Below, in pieces: positions 17,244 to 26,193 of a stretch of 64,000 bases of DNA. Under the pieces are notes generated by a model. The model was not told where the DNA came from, ran no database searches, and saw only the letters and a list, made by a program, of their open reading frames with translations. Source of the DNA: Thermoplasmatota archaeon (lineage in GTDB: Archaea > Thermoplasmatota > Thermoplasmata > UBA10834); NCBI GenBank assembly GCA_040751795.1, contig JBFMHR010000001.1:160001-224000 (forward strand). The letters run 5' to 3'. Position 1 is the first letter of the stretch. Each line of letters begins with the position of its first letter. Both the position numbers and the translations under genes were made by a program.

Positions 17244-17875
17244 GGACCCTGGTCGCCACCCTGGGGGAGGGGGACTCGGACAACGTCCTCATGGCGATGC
17301 GCCGCCTGCCGTACGACAGGCTCGTGCTCGTAGGGGAGAGGGGGGAGGAGCCCTCGGGGCTCGCGGACCTGAGGAGGATGGAGTCGATGACGGGCCACGA
17401 GGTGCGTTTCGTCCAGGTCGACACGCGCGACTTCATGGGCCTCGTCGACGAGGTGTGCGAGGCCGTGGCCGGCCTGCGCGACGGGCGGGGAGAGGTCGTC
17501 ATGAACATCAGCGGCGGGACGAAGCTGCTTGCGGACGCGGCCCTCTTCGCCGCGTTCAGGCTCGGGGTGCCCGCGTACCACGTCACGGACAGGGTCGTGC
17601 GCCTCCCGGTGATGAGGGGGGTCACGGCCAGGAACAGGTTCACGGCCCTGCAGTCGCAGCTCATCGCCCACCTGGCGGAGCCGGCGTCGATACCCGCTCT
17701 CGTCGGGGCGATGCCGCCGCACAACAAGCAGTCCGTCGAGAGGGTCATGAGGGAGCTGAGGCGCATGGGGCTCGTCTCGGCGAGGCTGGAGTCGGGGGCG
17801 GTCGTCGTGTCCCTCACGGACGAGGGGCACGAGATAAGGAGGGCGCTCTCCGCGTCAGAGGGCAGGAAGGCCTGA
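17240..17875 (+). CDS. Second CARF domain + winged HTH protein
   Basis: ATLGE strand, CARF signature MNISGGTKLL, 'RLPV' linker, C-terminal wHTH (KQSVERVMRELRRMGLV...LTDEG); 4-nt overlap with the previous gene. Confidence 0.78.
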   Translation: MRTLVATLGEGDSDNVLMAMRRLPYDRLVLVGERGEEPSGLADLRRMESMTGHEVRFVQVDTRDFMGLVDEVCEAVAGLRDGRGEVVMNISGGTKLLADAALFAAFRLGVPAYHVTDRVVRLPVMRGVTARNRFTALQSQLIAHLAEPASIPALVGAMPPHNKQSVERVMRELRRMGLVSARLESGAVVVSLTDEGHEIRRALSASEGRKA

Positions 17876-17877
17876 CC

Positions 17878-18642
17878 TCACTCGAGGTCCTCTCCGCCCT
17901 CGAGCGACATCTGGACGGCGGAGTAGATGTCCTGCATCCCCTCGCCGGAGTCGGCGCTCACGGGCACGACGGCCCTGCCCGCGCCGACGCTCTCGAGCGC
18001 CTGGAGGAACTCCACGCTCACCGCCGTCTGGGCGTCCCTGGACTCGTCCATGAGCGAGGAGAAGAGGGAGTAGTGGTCCCTGCTCCACGAGTCGATCAGC
18101 TCCTTGTCGGAGTCCTTGAGCATGTCCGCCTTGGCCATCAGGAGGAGCATCGGGAGGGGGAGCCTGAAGTGGACCGTCGCAGCGAGCATCAGCGAGGAGA
18201 CGTAGCCGTTGGGCGTCCTCGCGACGGACGGGTCGAAGAGGAAGGCCAGGACGGAGTCCTCGATGCCCAGCTCCTCGACTATGACCCTGCTGCTCTGCCT
18301 GAAGGTGAAGAGCTCCAGCTGGCCGGGGGTGTCTATGAGGACGTAGTCCGTGTCGAAGCCCGCTATGACCTCGGAGATCTCCTTGATGTTCAGGGCTATC
18401 ATGTCGGCCGCGGCGACCTGTGCGCCGTTCGGGCCCAGGCCGTACTCCCTCATGATGTCCTCGATCTCCACCCAGTCGCGCACATCGACGTCAGGGTTGT
18501 ACATCAGCTTCTCCACACCCGGGTCCAGGTTCACCGTGATCGCGTCGAAGCCCTGCTCCTGCATCCAGAGCTGGAAGGCGTACGTGAGAGTGCTCTTACC
18601 GCAGCCCGCGGTGCCGACAAAATAGAGGTTCTTGGCCGCCAT
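17878..18642 (-). CDS. GPN-loop GTPase
   Basis: GTAGCGKST P-loop, NLDPG, GLGPNG, DTPGQLELF. Confidence 0.93.
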   Translation of the reverse strand: MAAKNLYFVGTAGCGKSTLTYAFQLWMQEQGFDAITVNLDPGVEKLMYNPDVDVRDWVEIEDIMREYGLGPNGAQVAAADMIALNIKEISEVIAGFDTDYVLIDTPGQLELFTFRQSSRVIVEELGIEDSVLAFLFDPSVARTPNGYVSSLMLAATVHFRLPLPMLLLMAKADMLKDSDKELIDSWSRDHYSLFSSLMDESRDAQTAVSVEFLQALESVGAGRAVVPVSADSGEGMQDIYSAVQMSLEGGEDLE

Positions 18643-18675
18643 CGGATGGCTCCTTGAGTTGAGGGTGGGTTCGAG

Positions 18676-18776
18676 CGGGCCTGAAGGGATTCGAACCCTT
18701 GGCCAATCGGTGTCTCCGTCGGCTCCGGGGAGCCGAAGTAAGAGCCGATTGCTCTACCTAGCTGAGCTACAGGCCC
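18676..18776 (-). tRNA. tRNA-Lys(CTT) with 27-nt intron at 37/38 (intron 18712-18738)
   Basis: Reverse complement GGGCCTGTAGCTCAGCTAGGTAGAGCAATCGG-CT-CTT-A[intron]ACCGAT...GGTTCGAATCC...CAGGCCCG. BHB central helix CTCT/GGAG; intron hairpin TCGGCTCC/GGAGCCGA. Confidence 0.93.
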
Positions 18777-18907
18777 ACGCAGGCGCAGTATAAGCTCGCT
18801 CTTTAAATAACTATCGAAGCACCACGGCGGACGCGGGACGACTGGCCATCGCGTCCGCGCGCGCCCGCCAACAGGTTTATCGGCGCAGTACGCGTTGGCC
18901 GCGCAGG

Positions 18908-19681
18908 ATGCACACAGCCTCGGTCACCGTGCTGAGCAGCGGGAGCTGCGGCAACTCCATCGTGTTCTCCAGCGACGGAGCCACGGTGATGATAGACGCG
19001 GGCCTGTCGTGCAAGGAGCTGGAGCGGAGGATGTCCCGGTTCGGGCTCGACCCCTCCGACGTGGACGCGCTCCTCCTCACCCACGAGCACACCGACCACA
19101 CGCGCGGGGCCAGGAGGTTCTGCACCGTGCACGGGGTGCCCGCCTACGGCACGGACGGCACCCTCTCGCTCACGCCCCTCGAAGGGGTCGAGGCGCACCC
19201 AATATCCCACAGGCACGAGTTCGGGGTCGGCCCCCTCAGGGTGGCCCCGTTCCAGGTCAAGCACCTCGCGGCCGAGCCGGTCGCCTACACCATCCACGAC
19301 GACGGCTGCAAGCTCTCCGTCGTCTCGGACCTCGGCTGCGTCACCCCGAAGGTGGTGGAGGCCCTCAGGTCCTCCACCGTCCTCATGGTGGAGGCCAACT
19401 ACGACGACGAGATGCTGGTGAACGGGACATACCCCGACTTCCTGAAGAGGACGATCAGGGGCGACCACGGGCATCTGTCCAACGACGACGCGGCGGCGCT
19501 GTGCGCGCAGGCCGTCTCCGATGAGACGAGGGCGGTCGTGCTCCTGCACCTCAGCAGGGAGAACAACACGCCCGAGAAGGCCAGGGAGGCCGTCGCGGAC
19601 GGGATCCACAGGGGCGGCAAGAGGGCGAGGCTCGACGTCACGGAGCACGGCGGCTCCAACGGGCCGGTCCGCCTACGGTGA
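18908..19681 (+). CDS. MBL-fold metallo-hydrolase (YycJ/WalJ-like)
   Basis: SGSCGNS, IDAG, THEHTDH, SDLG, EANYD, GHLSN, LHLSRENN. Confidence 0.85.
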   Translation: MHTASVTVLSSGSCGNSIVFSSDGATVMIDAGLSCKELERRMSRFGLDPSDVDALLLTHEHTDHTRGARRFCTVHGVPAYGTDGTLSLTPLEGVEAHPISHRHEFGVGPLRVAPFQVKHLAAEPVAYTIHDDGCKLSVVSDLGCVTPKVVEALRSSTVLMVEANYDDEMLVNGTYPDFLKRTIRGDHGHLSNDDAAALCAQAVSDETRAVVLLHLSRENNTPEKAREAVADGIHRGGKRARLDVTEHGGSNGPVRLR

Positions 19682-20320
19682 CCCGATGATCTTGATCTTG
19701 CCGTGGGAGAGGAGGGTGTCGGCGACGCTCCTCGGTATGGAGACGACGTCCTCCTTCCTCAGCCTGTAGTCGCGGTCGACACCCGCGAACGTCGGCACGT
19801 CCTCGAGCACCCTGGCCATGACGAGCTCGTCCAAGGCCTTCTCCTCGGGCTCCCTGGCCTTCGGCTCCGGGCGCTTCATGCTGGGCACCTCGACGACCTC
19901 CTCCTGCCTGGCGGTCCTCGGCCCCAGGACCTCGAAGTCCGCGTTGGAGTCCTTGTGCGCCGCCAGGACCGACGTCAGGCTCGAGAAGAGGACCAGCTCG
20001 TCGGGCGTGAGGTTCGCGGTGTCGGGGTTGTCCCCGGAGACCTTCCTGAGGGCTATGAGGGCGATCTTCCTCGTCCTGAGCTCGTAGACCCTCTTCGCCT
20101 TGTCTATGGCCTTCTTCAGCTGGTCGTTGAGCATCATGCTCGCGTGCGACCCCGGGTTCATGGCGATCTCCCGCTCGCTCTCCTTCCTGACGCTCTTGAT
20201 GTACGCGGAGATGCGGTCGTAGAGGGCCGGGTCGACCTTGGTCAGCTGCGGGGAGCGGTTCTCCTGCCTGAAAAGGGTCATGATGTCCTCGTAGTTCATG
20301 TCCCCCCGCTGCTCGGCCAT
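19673..20320 (-). CDS. DNA replication complex GINS subunit (Gins51-like)
   Basis: Helical A-domain (ENRSPQLTKV...YELRTRKI...NLTPDE) plus C-terminal B-domain (RVLEDVPTFAGVDRDYRLRKEDVVSIP). Confidence 0.8.
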   Translation of the reverse strand: MAEQRGDMNYEDIMTLFRQENRSPQLTKVDPALYDRISAYIKSVRKESEREIAMNPGSHASMMLNDQLKKAIDKAKRVYELRTRKIALIALRKVSGDNPDTANLTPDELVLFSSLTSVLAAHKDSNADFEVLGPRTARQEEVVEVPSMKRPEPKAREPEEKALDELVMARVLEDVPTFAGVDRDYRLRKEDVVSIPRSVADTLLSHGKIKIIGSP

Positions 20321-20417
20321 GCCCGAAGCATACGTGCGAGGCATATATCATGATATCGAGCCGCGTCAGCGGAGGGCAACTAGTTATACCGACCCGGGGA
20401 ATCTCGGCCGGAGAAGG

Positions 20418-20717
20418 ATGGAGAGGAGGGGCTTCGTCGAGCCGAGCGGGGACGGGTGCAGGATCTGGATAGACGCGTCGCCCGGCGCCCGCGAGACCGC
20501 CGTAGAGGGGGTCAACCAGTGGCGGAGGGCGCTGCAGGTCAGGGTTGGCGCGCCCGCCCAGGAGGGCGAGGCCAACGAGGAGTTGGTGAGGTTCCTGTCC
20601 GAGAGGCTCGGCGTCCCAAGGAGGGACGTGGTCATAGTCAGGGGAGGGCGCTCGACGACCAAGCTCGTGGAGGTGCCCCTCCCGCCGGACGAGGCGAGGA
20701 GGAGGCTGGGGGTCTGA
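20418..20717 (+). CDS. DUF167 (YggU/UPF0235) family protein
   Basis: PGARET...LQVRVGAPAQEGEANEELVRFL...IVRGGRSTTKLVEV. Confidence 0.88.
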   Translation: MERRGFVEPSGDGCRIWIDASPGARETAVEGVNQWRRALQVRVGAPAQEGEANEELVRFLSERLGVPRRDVVIVRGGRSTTKLVEVPLPPDEARRRLGV

Positions 20718-20721
20718 CCGC

Positions 20722-21126
20722 TTGCTGACCCCCGAGGAGCGGCTCGGGGAGATACTCGAGGTCCTGGACGACCTCGAGGACCTGAGCGCCGACACCCCGA
20801 TCATAGTCGAGGGACTGAAGGACGCCTCCGCCCTGCGGAGGCTCGGGGTCAGGAGGAACGTCGTCACCCTCGGCAAGGGCCTCACCGTCTTCGCCTTCTG
20901 CGAGAGGCTGTCGGAGAGGCACGGGAGGGCCGTCGTGATGACCGACTGGGACAGGAAGGGGGGGAAGCTCGCGAGGATGCTCAAGGAGGGGCTGGAGGCG
21001 AACGGGGCCAGGGCGGACACCGACCTCAGGGCCAGGCTCGTCCTCCTCGTCAAGAAGGACATCAAGGACATAGAGGGCCTCCCCGCCTACGTGGAGAGGC
21101 TGAGGGCCATGGCCGGCCGGACCTGA
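20722..21126 (+). CDS. Small Toprim-domain protein
   Basis: IIVEGLKD..LRRLG; VVMTDWDRKG; KDIEGL. Confidence 0.85.
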   Translation: MLTPEERLGEILEVLDDLEDLSADTPIIVEGLKDASALRRLGVRRNVVTLGKGLTVFAFCERLSERHGRAVVMTDWDRKGGKLARMLKEGLEANGARADTDLRARLVLLVKKDIKDIEGLPAYVERLRAMAGRT

Positions 21127-21177
21127 GGCGGGCGTTGGGGGAAAAAACATTTACGATAGCACCCCGATGAAAAGCGC

Positions 21178-22509
21178 ATGGGGCTGTCAAAGTGCTCCCT
21201 TGAGATGCTTCAGGAGATGGGCCTGAGGTCGGTCGAGGACCTCTTCGTCGACATACCGAAGGAGGTCAGGACCGGCGGCCTCCGGCTGCCCAAGGGCATG
21301 TCCGAGCTCGAGCTGAGGCGCGAGCTCGAGGCGGTGCTCTCGGCCAACAGGACCGCCGACTCGCACCCGTGCTTCCTCGGGGCCGGCATATACGACCACT
21401 TCATACCCGCCGCGGCCAGGGCCATCGCCGGCCGCTCCGAGTTCGTCACCTCGTACACGCCCTACCAGCCCGAGATCAGCCAGGGGATGCTGCAGGGCCT
21501 CTTCGAGTACCAGTCGTACATGGCGGAGCTCACCGCCATGGACGTCGTCAACTCCAGCATGTACGACGCCTCGACCGCGCTGGGCGAGGCGGTGCTGATG
21601 GCCGGCCGCATCAACGGGGGCAAGAGGTTCCTGGTCAGCAGGGCAGTCAGCCCCGAGAAGGTCCAGGTCGCGAGACTGTACGCGACGGGCGCGGGCATCG
21701 AGCTGGTGGAGGTCGGGTACGACAGGGCGACCGGCGGGGTGGACCTGGCCGACCTGGCCTCGAAGCTCGGGCCCGACGTGTCCGGCTTCTACTTCGAGAC
21801 CCCGAACTTCTTCGGAGCCCTCGAGGGGCGGTGGAAGGAGGTGAGGGAGGCGCTGGGCCAGAAGGTCATGGTCGTCGGCGTCAACCCCATGGCCCTCGCC
21901 CTGCTGAAGCCCCCGGGCGAGATGGGCGCGGACATCGTCATCGGGGAGGCGCAGGTATTCGGCGCCCCGATGAGCCTCGGCGGGCCGACCGTGGGCGTCT
22001 TCGCCTGCAGGTCCGAGCACGTCAGGAAGATGCCCGGAAGGATCATCGGCATGACCGCGGACCTCGACGGGAGGACCGCTTTCTGCATGACGCTCCAGAC
22101 CAGGGAGCAGCACATACGTAGGAGCAAGGCGACCTCCAACATCTGCTCCAACGAGGCGCTCCTGGCCCTCGGGGCGGCCGCCTACCTCGCCGTCGTGGGG
22201 AGGTCCGGCCTGAGGGAGGTCGCGTCGCAGAACGTCAGGAACATGAGGGAGCTCTCCTCGAGGATAGCGAAGATACCAGGGTTCAGGGCCCCGCACTTCG
22301 CGTCGCCCCACTTCAACGAGTTCGTCGTCACCTCGGACATGAGCGCTGAGAAGGTCGACGCCGCGCTGCTCTCCAAGGGTGTCCAGGGCGGGCTCGTGCT
22401 CACCAAGCATTTCCCGGAGCTCGGGAACGCCTCCCTCTGCGCGACCACCGAGATGCACACGAGGCGTCACCACGACATGCTCGTCGAGGCGCTGGAGGGG
22501 ATCAGGTGA
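21178..22509 (+). CDS. gcvPA: Glycine dehydrogenase (decarboxylating) subunit 1
   Basis: FLGAGIYDH, TSYTPYQPEISQG, NSSMYD, LQTREQHIRRSKATSNICSN. Confidence 0.95.
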   Translation: MGLSKCSLEMLQEMGLRSVEDLFVDIPKEVRTGGLRLPKGMSELELRRELEAVLSANRTADSHPCFLGAGIYDHFIPAAARAIAGRSEFVTSYTPYQPEISQGMLQGLFEYQSYMAELTAMDVVNSSMYDASTALGEAVLMAGRINGGKRFLVSRAVSPEKVQVARLYATGAGIELVEVGYDRATGGVDLADLASKLGPDVSGFYFETPNFFGALEGRWKEVREALGQKVMVVGVNPMALALLKPPGEMGADIVIGEAQVFGAPMSLGGPTVGVFACRSEHVRKMPGRIIGMTADLDGRTAFCMTLQTREQHIRRSKATSNICSNEALLALGAAAYLAVVGRSGLREVASQNVRNMRELSSRIAKIPGFRAPHFASPHFNEFVVTSDMSAEKVDAALLSKGVQGGLVLTKHFPELGNASLCATTEMHTRRHHDMLVEALEGIR

Positions 22510-23975
22510 GGTACCACCAGGCGGTCCACGACGTGCCCGTCCTCTTCGAGGGGTGCGACAGGCCCGAGCCTTCACCCGGCTTCGACCCTACGGTCGGCGG
22601 CGCCATTCCCAGGGAGCTCGTCAGGGACGATCTCAGGATCCCCGACCTGCACGAGAGGGACGCGGTCAAGCACTTCATCAACCTCTCCCAGATGAACTTC
22701 GGGGTCGACAACGGGCTCTACCCGCTCGGCTCGTGCACCATGAAGTACAACCCCAAGGTGTGCGACGACCTCGTCTCGTGGCCGTCCGTGGCCAACATAC
22801 ACCCTCTGCAGCACCCGTCGACCATCCAGGGCGCCCTCAGGATGATGTACGAGCTCGAGAGGATGCTCTGCGAGGTGGGAGGGGTGGACGCTGTCACCCT
22901 CCAGCCGGCGGCGGGGGCGCACGGCGAGTACACGGGGGTGCACCTAGTGCGCGCGTACCACCAGTCGCGCGGCGAGGCGAGGACCGAGATCATCCTCCCG
23001 GACACCGCCCACGGCACCAACCCGGCCAGCGCGGCCATGGTCGGATACGACGTACTGGAGATACCCTCCAAGGAGGGGTGCGTGGACGTCGAGGCGCTCA
23101 AGGCTGCCGTCTCGAAGGACACCGCCGCGTTCATGCTCACGAACCCCAACACCCTCGGGCTCTTCGAGAAGGACGTCCGCGAGGTGGCCGGGGTGCTGCA
23201 CGACGCGGGGGCTCTGCTCTACTACGACGGCGCCAACCTGAACGCCATCATGGGCAAGACCTCGCCCGGGAAGATGGACTTCGACATAGTGCACTTCAAC
23301 CTCCACAAGACCTTCGCGACCCCGCACGGGGGAGGCGGACCGGGCGCGGGCCCGGTCGGAGTGAAGGCCTTCCTCGAGGAGTTCCTCCCAGTGCCGAGGA
23401 TCGTGAAGGCCGGGGACTCGTACTCCCTCGACTACGACAGGCCGAGGAGCATCGGGAAGGTCAGGGCCCACTTCGGCAACTTCGGCGTGCTTGCCCGCGC
23501 CTACGCGTACATGAGGATGCAGGGGGGCGACGGGCTCACAGCGGTGTCCGAGAACGCGGTCCTCAACGCCAACTACCTGAGGCACCACCTGAGCAGGGAC
23601 TTCGAGCTGCCCTACGGGCAGCTCAGGAAGCACGAGTTCGTCCTCAGCGGGAGGCCCCTCAAGGCCAAGGGGCTCAGGACCCTGGACTTCGCCAAGAGGC
23701 TCCTGGACTACGGGTTCCACGCGCCCACGGTGTACTTCCCCCTCATAGTCGAGGAGGCCCTGATGATAGAGCCCACGGAGACGGAGTCCAGGGACACCCT
23801 CGACGCCTTCGTCGAGGCGTGCAGGGCGATCCTCGCGGAGGACCCGGAGACGGTAAGGTCGGCCCCGCACAACACGTCGGTGAGGAGGCTGGACGAGGCG
23901 AGGGCCGCCCGTGACATGGTCTTCAGCTGGAGGGCGCACGAGAAGAGGAGGGCCGACGGCCCGTCGAAGGCCTAG
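22506..23975 (+). CDS. gcvPB: Glycine dehydrogenase (decarboxylating) subunit 2
   Basis: YPLGSCTMKYNP, QPAAGAHGE, AHGTNPAS, NLHKTFATPHGGGGPG, EPTETES. Confidence 0.95.
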   Translation: MRYHQAVHDVPVLFEGCDRPEPSPGFDPTVGGAIPRELVRDDLRIPDLHERDAVKHFINLSQMNFGVDNGLYPLGSCTMKYNPKVCDDLVSWPSVANIHPLQHPSTIQGALRMMYELERMLCEVGGVDAVTLQPAAGAHGEYTGVHLVRAYHQSRGEARTEIILPDTAHGTNPASAAMVGYDVLEIPSKEGCVDVEALKAAVSKDTAAFMLTNPNTLGLFEKDVREVAGVLHDAGALLYYDGANLNAIMGKTSPGKMDFDIVHFNLHKTFATPHGGGGPGAGPVGVKAFLEEFLPVPRIVKAGDSYSLDYDRPRSIGKVRAHFGNFGVLARAYAYMRMQGGDGLTAVSENAVLNANYLRHHLSRDFELPYGQLRKHEFVLSGRPLKAKGLRTLDFAKRLLDYGFHAPTVYFPLIVEEALMIEPTETESRDTLDAFVEACRAILAEDPETVRSAPHNTSVRRLDEARAARDMVFSWRAHEKRRADGPSKA

Positions 23976-24223
23976 GCGCGCTTGAACCGGGCGCAGATGA
24001 GCGTCCTGGTCCCTGTGATGCCCTGGATGGTCCTGATCTTGCCGAGGATGATGTCGCACATGCGGTCGTAGTCCGCCGTCTCGATCCTGGCGATCATGTC
24101 ATATTGGCCGAAGAGCTGGTGGACCTCGCCGACCTCGGGGAGCTCCCGCATCCGCTCGAGGACCTTGGCCTCCTTGCCCGTAGCGGTTGTGATGAGCACG
24201 TAGCCGATCGCCAGAGACTCCAC
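23972..24223 (-). CDS. Lrp/AsnC ligand-binding (RAM) domain protein
   Basis: Stand-alone RAM domain: EVHQLFGQYDMIARIE...IRTIQGITGTRTLI; no HTH. Confidence 0.85.
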   Translation of the reverse strand: MESLAIGYVLITTATGKEAKVLERMRELPEVGEVHQLFGQYDMIARIETADYDRMCDIILGKIRTIQGITGTRTLICARFKRA

Positions 24224-24373
24224 CTGAGGTTGGCCTAATGGGCGAATGCGTACTTATAACCTATCGGGAATGTCCACCGGTGCACGTTCTTGGACCGATG
24301 TGCGCACCGGGCCCGTCCGCCCCTCCCCGTACGAACCTTATATACTCCCTTCTGCGATTGAAGAGGGTCTACT

Positions 24374-24967
24374 ATGGCCGGACTGATAGTGCTGGAGGGG
24401 ATAGACGGCTGCGGCAAGTCCACGGTCGCCAGGGCCGTGGCCGATCGGCTGGGCGACAGGGCGGTCCTGACCAGGGAGCCAACCGACTCCTGGATAGGCC
24501 GGGCCGCCAAGGAGGGGGACCTGAGCGGGATCAGCCCCTACACCGACGCGCTCCTCTTCATGGCCGACCGCGCGCAGCACACCCTCGAGATGGCCGAGAT
24601 GGTCAGGGCCGGAAGGCTGGTGGTGTGCGACCGCTACTACCACTCCACCGTGGCGTACCAGACCGCCTCCCTGAGGCGGAAGGGCCTCGGGGACAACTTC
24701 TCCTGGCTCCTCGACTCCAACACCAGGATATCGCTCAAGCCAGACCTCACCTTCCTGCTGGTCCTGCCCCCCGAGAGGATGCCCGAGCGGATATCCGAGA
24801 GGGGGGAGAGGTCCAGGTTCGAGAGGCTCGACTTCCTCGAGGAGGTCGCCCGGAACTACGAGAGGCTGGCCGAGTGCGACCCCGGCATCGTCAGGCTGGA
24901 CGCGACGAGGCCGCTCGAGGAGGTCGTCGAGCGGGTACTCGGGGCGGTCAAGGAGAGCAAGGTTTAA
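24374..24967 (+). CDS. tmk: Thymidylate kinase
   Basis: EGIDGCGKST, TREP, LFMADRAQH, CDRYYHSTVAYQ, PDLTFLL. Confidence 0.93.
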   Translation: MAGLIVLEGIDGCGKSTVARAVADRLGDRAVLTREPTDSWIGRAAKEGDLSGISPYTDALLFMADRAQHTLEMAEMVRAGRLVVCDRYYHSTVAYQTASLRRKGLGDNFSWLLDSNTRISLKPDLTFLLVLPPERMPERISERGERSRFERLDFLEEVARNYERLAECDPGIVRLDATRPLEEVVERVLGAVKESKV

Positions 24968-24995
24968 TAGAGCGCGAGGCCTCGGAAGTGATGAC

Positions 24996-26186
24996 ATGCA
25001 CCCAGCGGACCACATAAGGGGCACCAAGAGCGACAAGCTCAAGGGGCGCAAGGTCGTCCTCGGGATCACGGGCAGCGTAGCCGCCGTCGAGTGCGTGAAG
25101 CTCTGCCGCGAGCTGATAAGGCACGGGGCCGAGGTGCACGTCGTGATGTCCAGGGACGCGCAGACGATAATCCACCCGTACTCGATGGCCTTCGCGTCCG
25201 GGAAGCCCGTCACGACGGAGATCGACGGGCGTGTCCAGCACGTCGCGCTCTGCGGGGACGTCCCCGACAAGGCCGACCTCCTCCTCATCGCGCCCGCGAC
25301 GGCCAACACCATCTCCAAGATCGCGTGCGGCGTGGACGACACGCCCGTCACGACCTTCGCCACCACCGCCCTCGGCTCCGGCATCCCGGTCATAGTCGTG
25401 CCCGCGATGCACGGCACGATGATCAGGCACAGGGCCGTCACCGAGAACATCGAGCGGCTGAGGGGCATGGGTGTCCGCGTCGTCGAGCCGAGGATGGAGG
25501 AGCACAAGGCCAAGATGCCCGACACCGACCACATCGTCTCCTGCGCCATACTGGTCGTCGGCAAGAACGACCTCAAGGACAGGCGCGTCCTCGTCATCGC
25601 CGGGGCGACGGAGGAGCCCATAGACGACATCAGGGTCGTCACCAACAGGAGCTCCGGGGAGACGGGCGTCGAGATGGCGAGGGCGGCCTACGAGAGGGGC
25701 GCGTCCGTGGACCTGTGGATGGGGCGCTGCGACGTCGAGATACCCAGCTTCCTCAACACCACCAGGTACTCCACGTTCAGGGACCTCCAGGAGCTGGTCC
25801 AGGGGGTGCAGCACGACGTGGTCTTCTTCCCCGCGGCGGTGTCGGACTACTCGCCGGCGAAGTCGGAGGGGAAGCTGTCCTCCGACAAGGACTCGGTGAC
25901 GATCACGCTGAAGAGGAACCCGAAGCTCATCGACGGGATCAAGGCCAGGGTGGTCGTCGGGTTCAAGGCCCAGGCCAAGATGGCCGAGGAGGCCCTCGTC
26001 GCCGAGGCGAAGCGCCTCCAGGAGAGGTCGAAGTGCACCTTCGTGGTGGCCAACAGGGTGGAGGACGTCCAGAAGGGCAGGACCAAGGTCCTCGTCGTCG
26101 CCGGCTCGGGCGCGCCCCACCGCCTCGAGGGGACCAAGTCCCAGGTCGCGGACCGGGTAATAGACATCGTCGTCAGGATACTGTGA
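24996..26186 (+). CDS. coaBC: Bifunctional phosphopantothenoylcysteine decarboxylase/ligase
   Basis: GITGSVAA, APATANTISKIACG, PAMH, GATEEPIDDIRVVTNRSSG, AAVSDY, GFKA. Confidence 0.93.
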   Translation: MHPADHIRGTKSDKLKGRKVVLGITGSVAAVECVKLCRELIRHGAEVHVVMSRDAQTIIHPYSMAFASGKPVTTEIDGRVQHVALCGDVPDKADLLLIAPATANTISKIACGVDDTPVTTFATTALGSGIPVIVVPAMHGTMIRHRAVTENIERLRGMGVRVVEPRMEEHKAKMPDTDHIVSCAILVVGKNDLKDRRVLVIAGATEEPIDDIRVVTNRSSGETGVEMARAAYERGASVDLWMGRCDVEIPSFLNTTRYSTFRDLQELVQGVQHDVVFFPAAVSDYSPAKSEGKLSSDKDSVTITLKRNPKLIDGIKARVVVGFKAQAKMAEEALVAEAKRLQERSKCTFVVANRVEDVQKGRTKVLVVAGSGAPHRLEGTKSQVADRVIDIVVRIL

Positions 26187-26193
26187 TAACGTG

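Noticed and set aside
20722-21126. Toprim protein as part of an OLD/Gabija-type defence system
   Set aside because: It is the small stand-alone archaeal Toprim type in a housekeeping context with no ABC ATPase or helicase partner.
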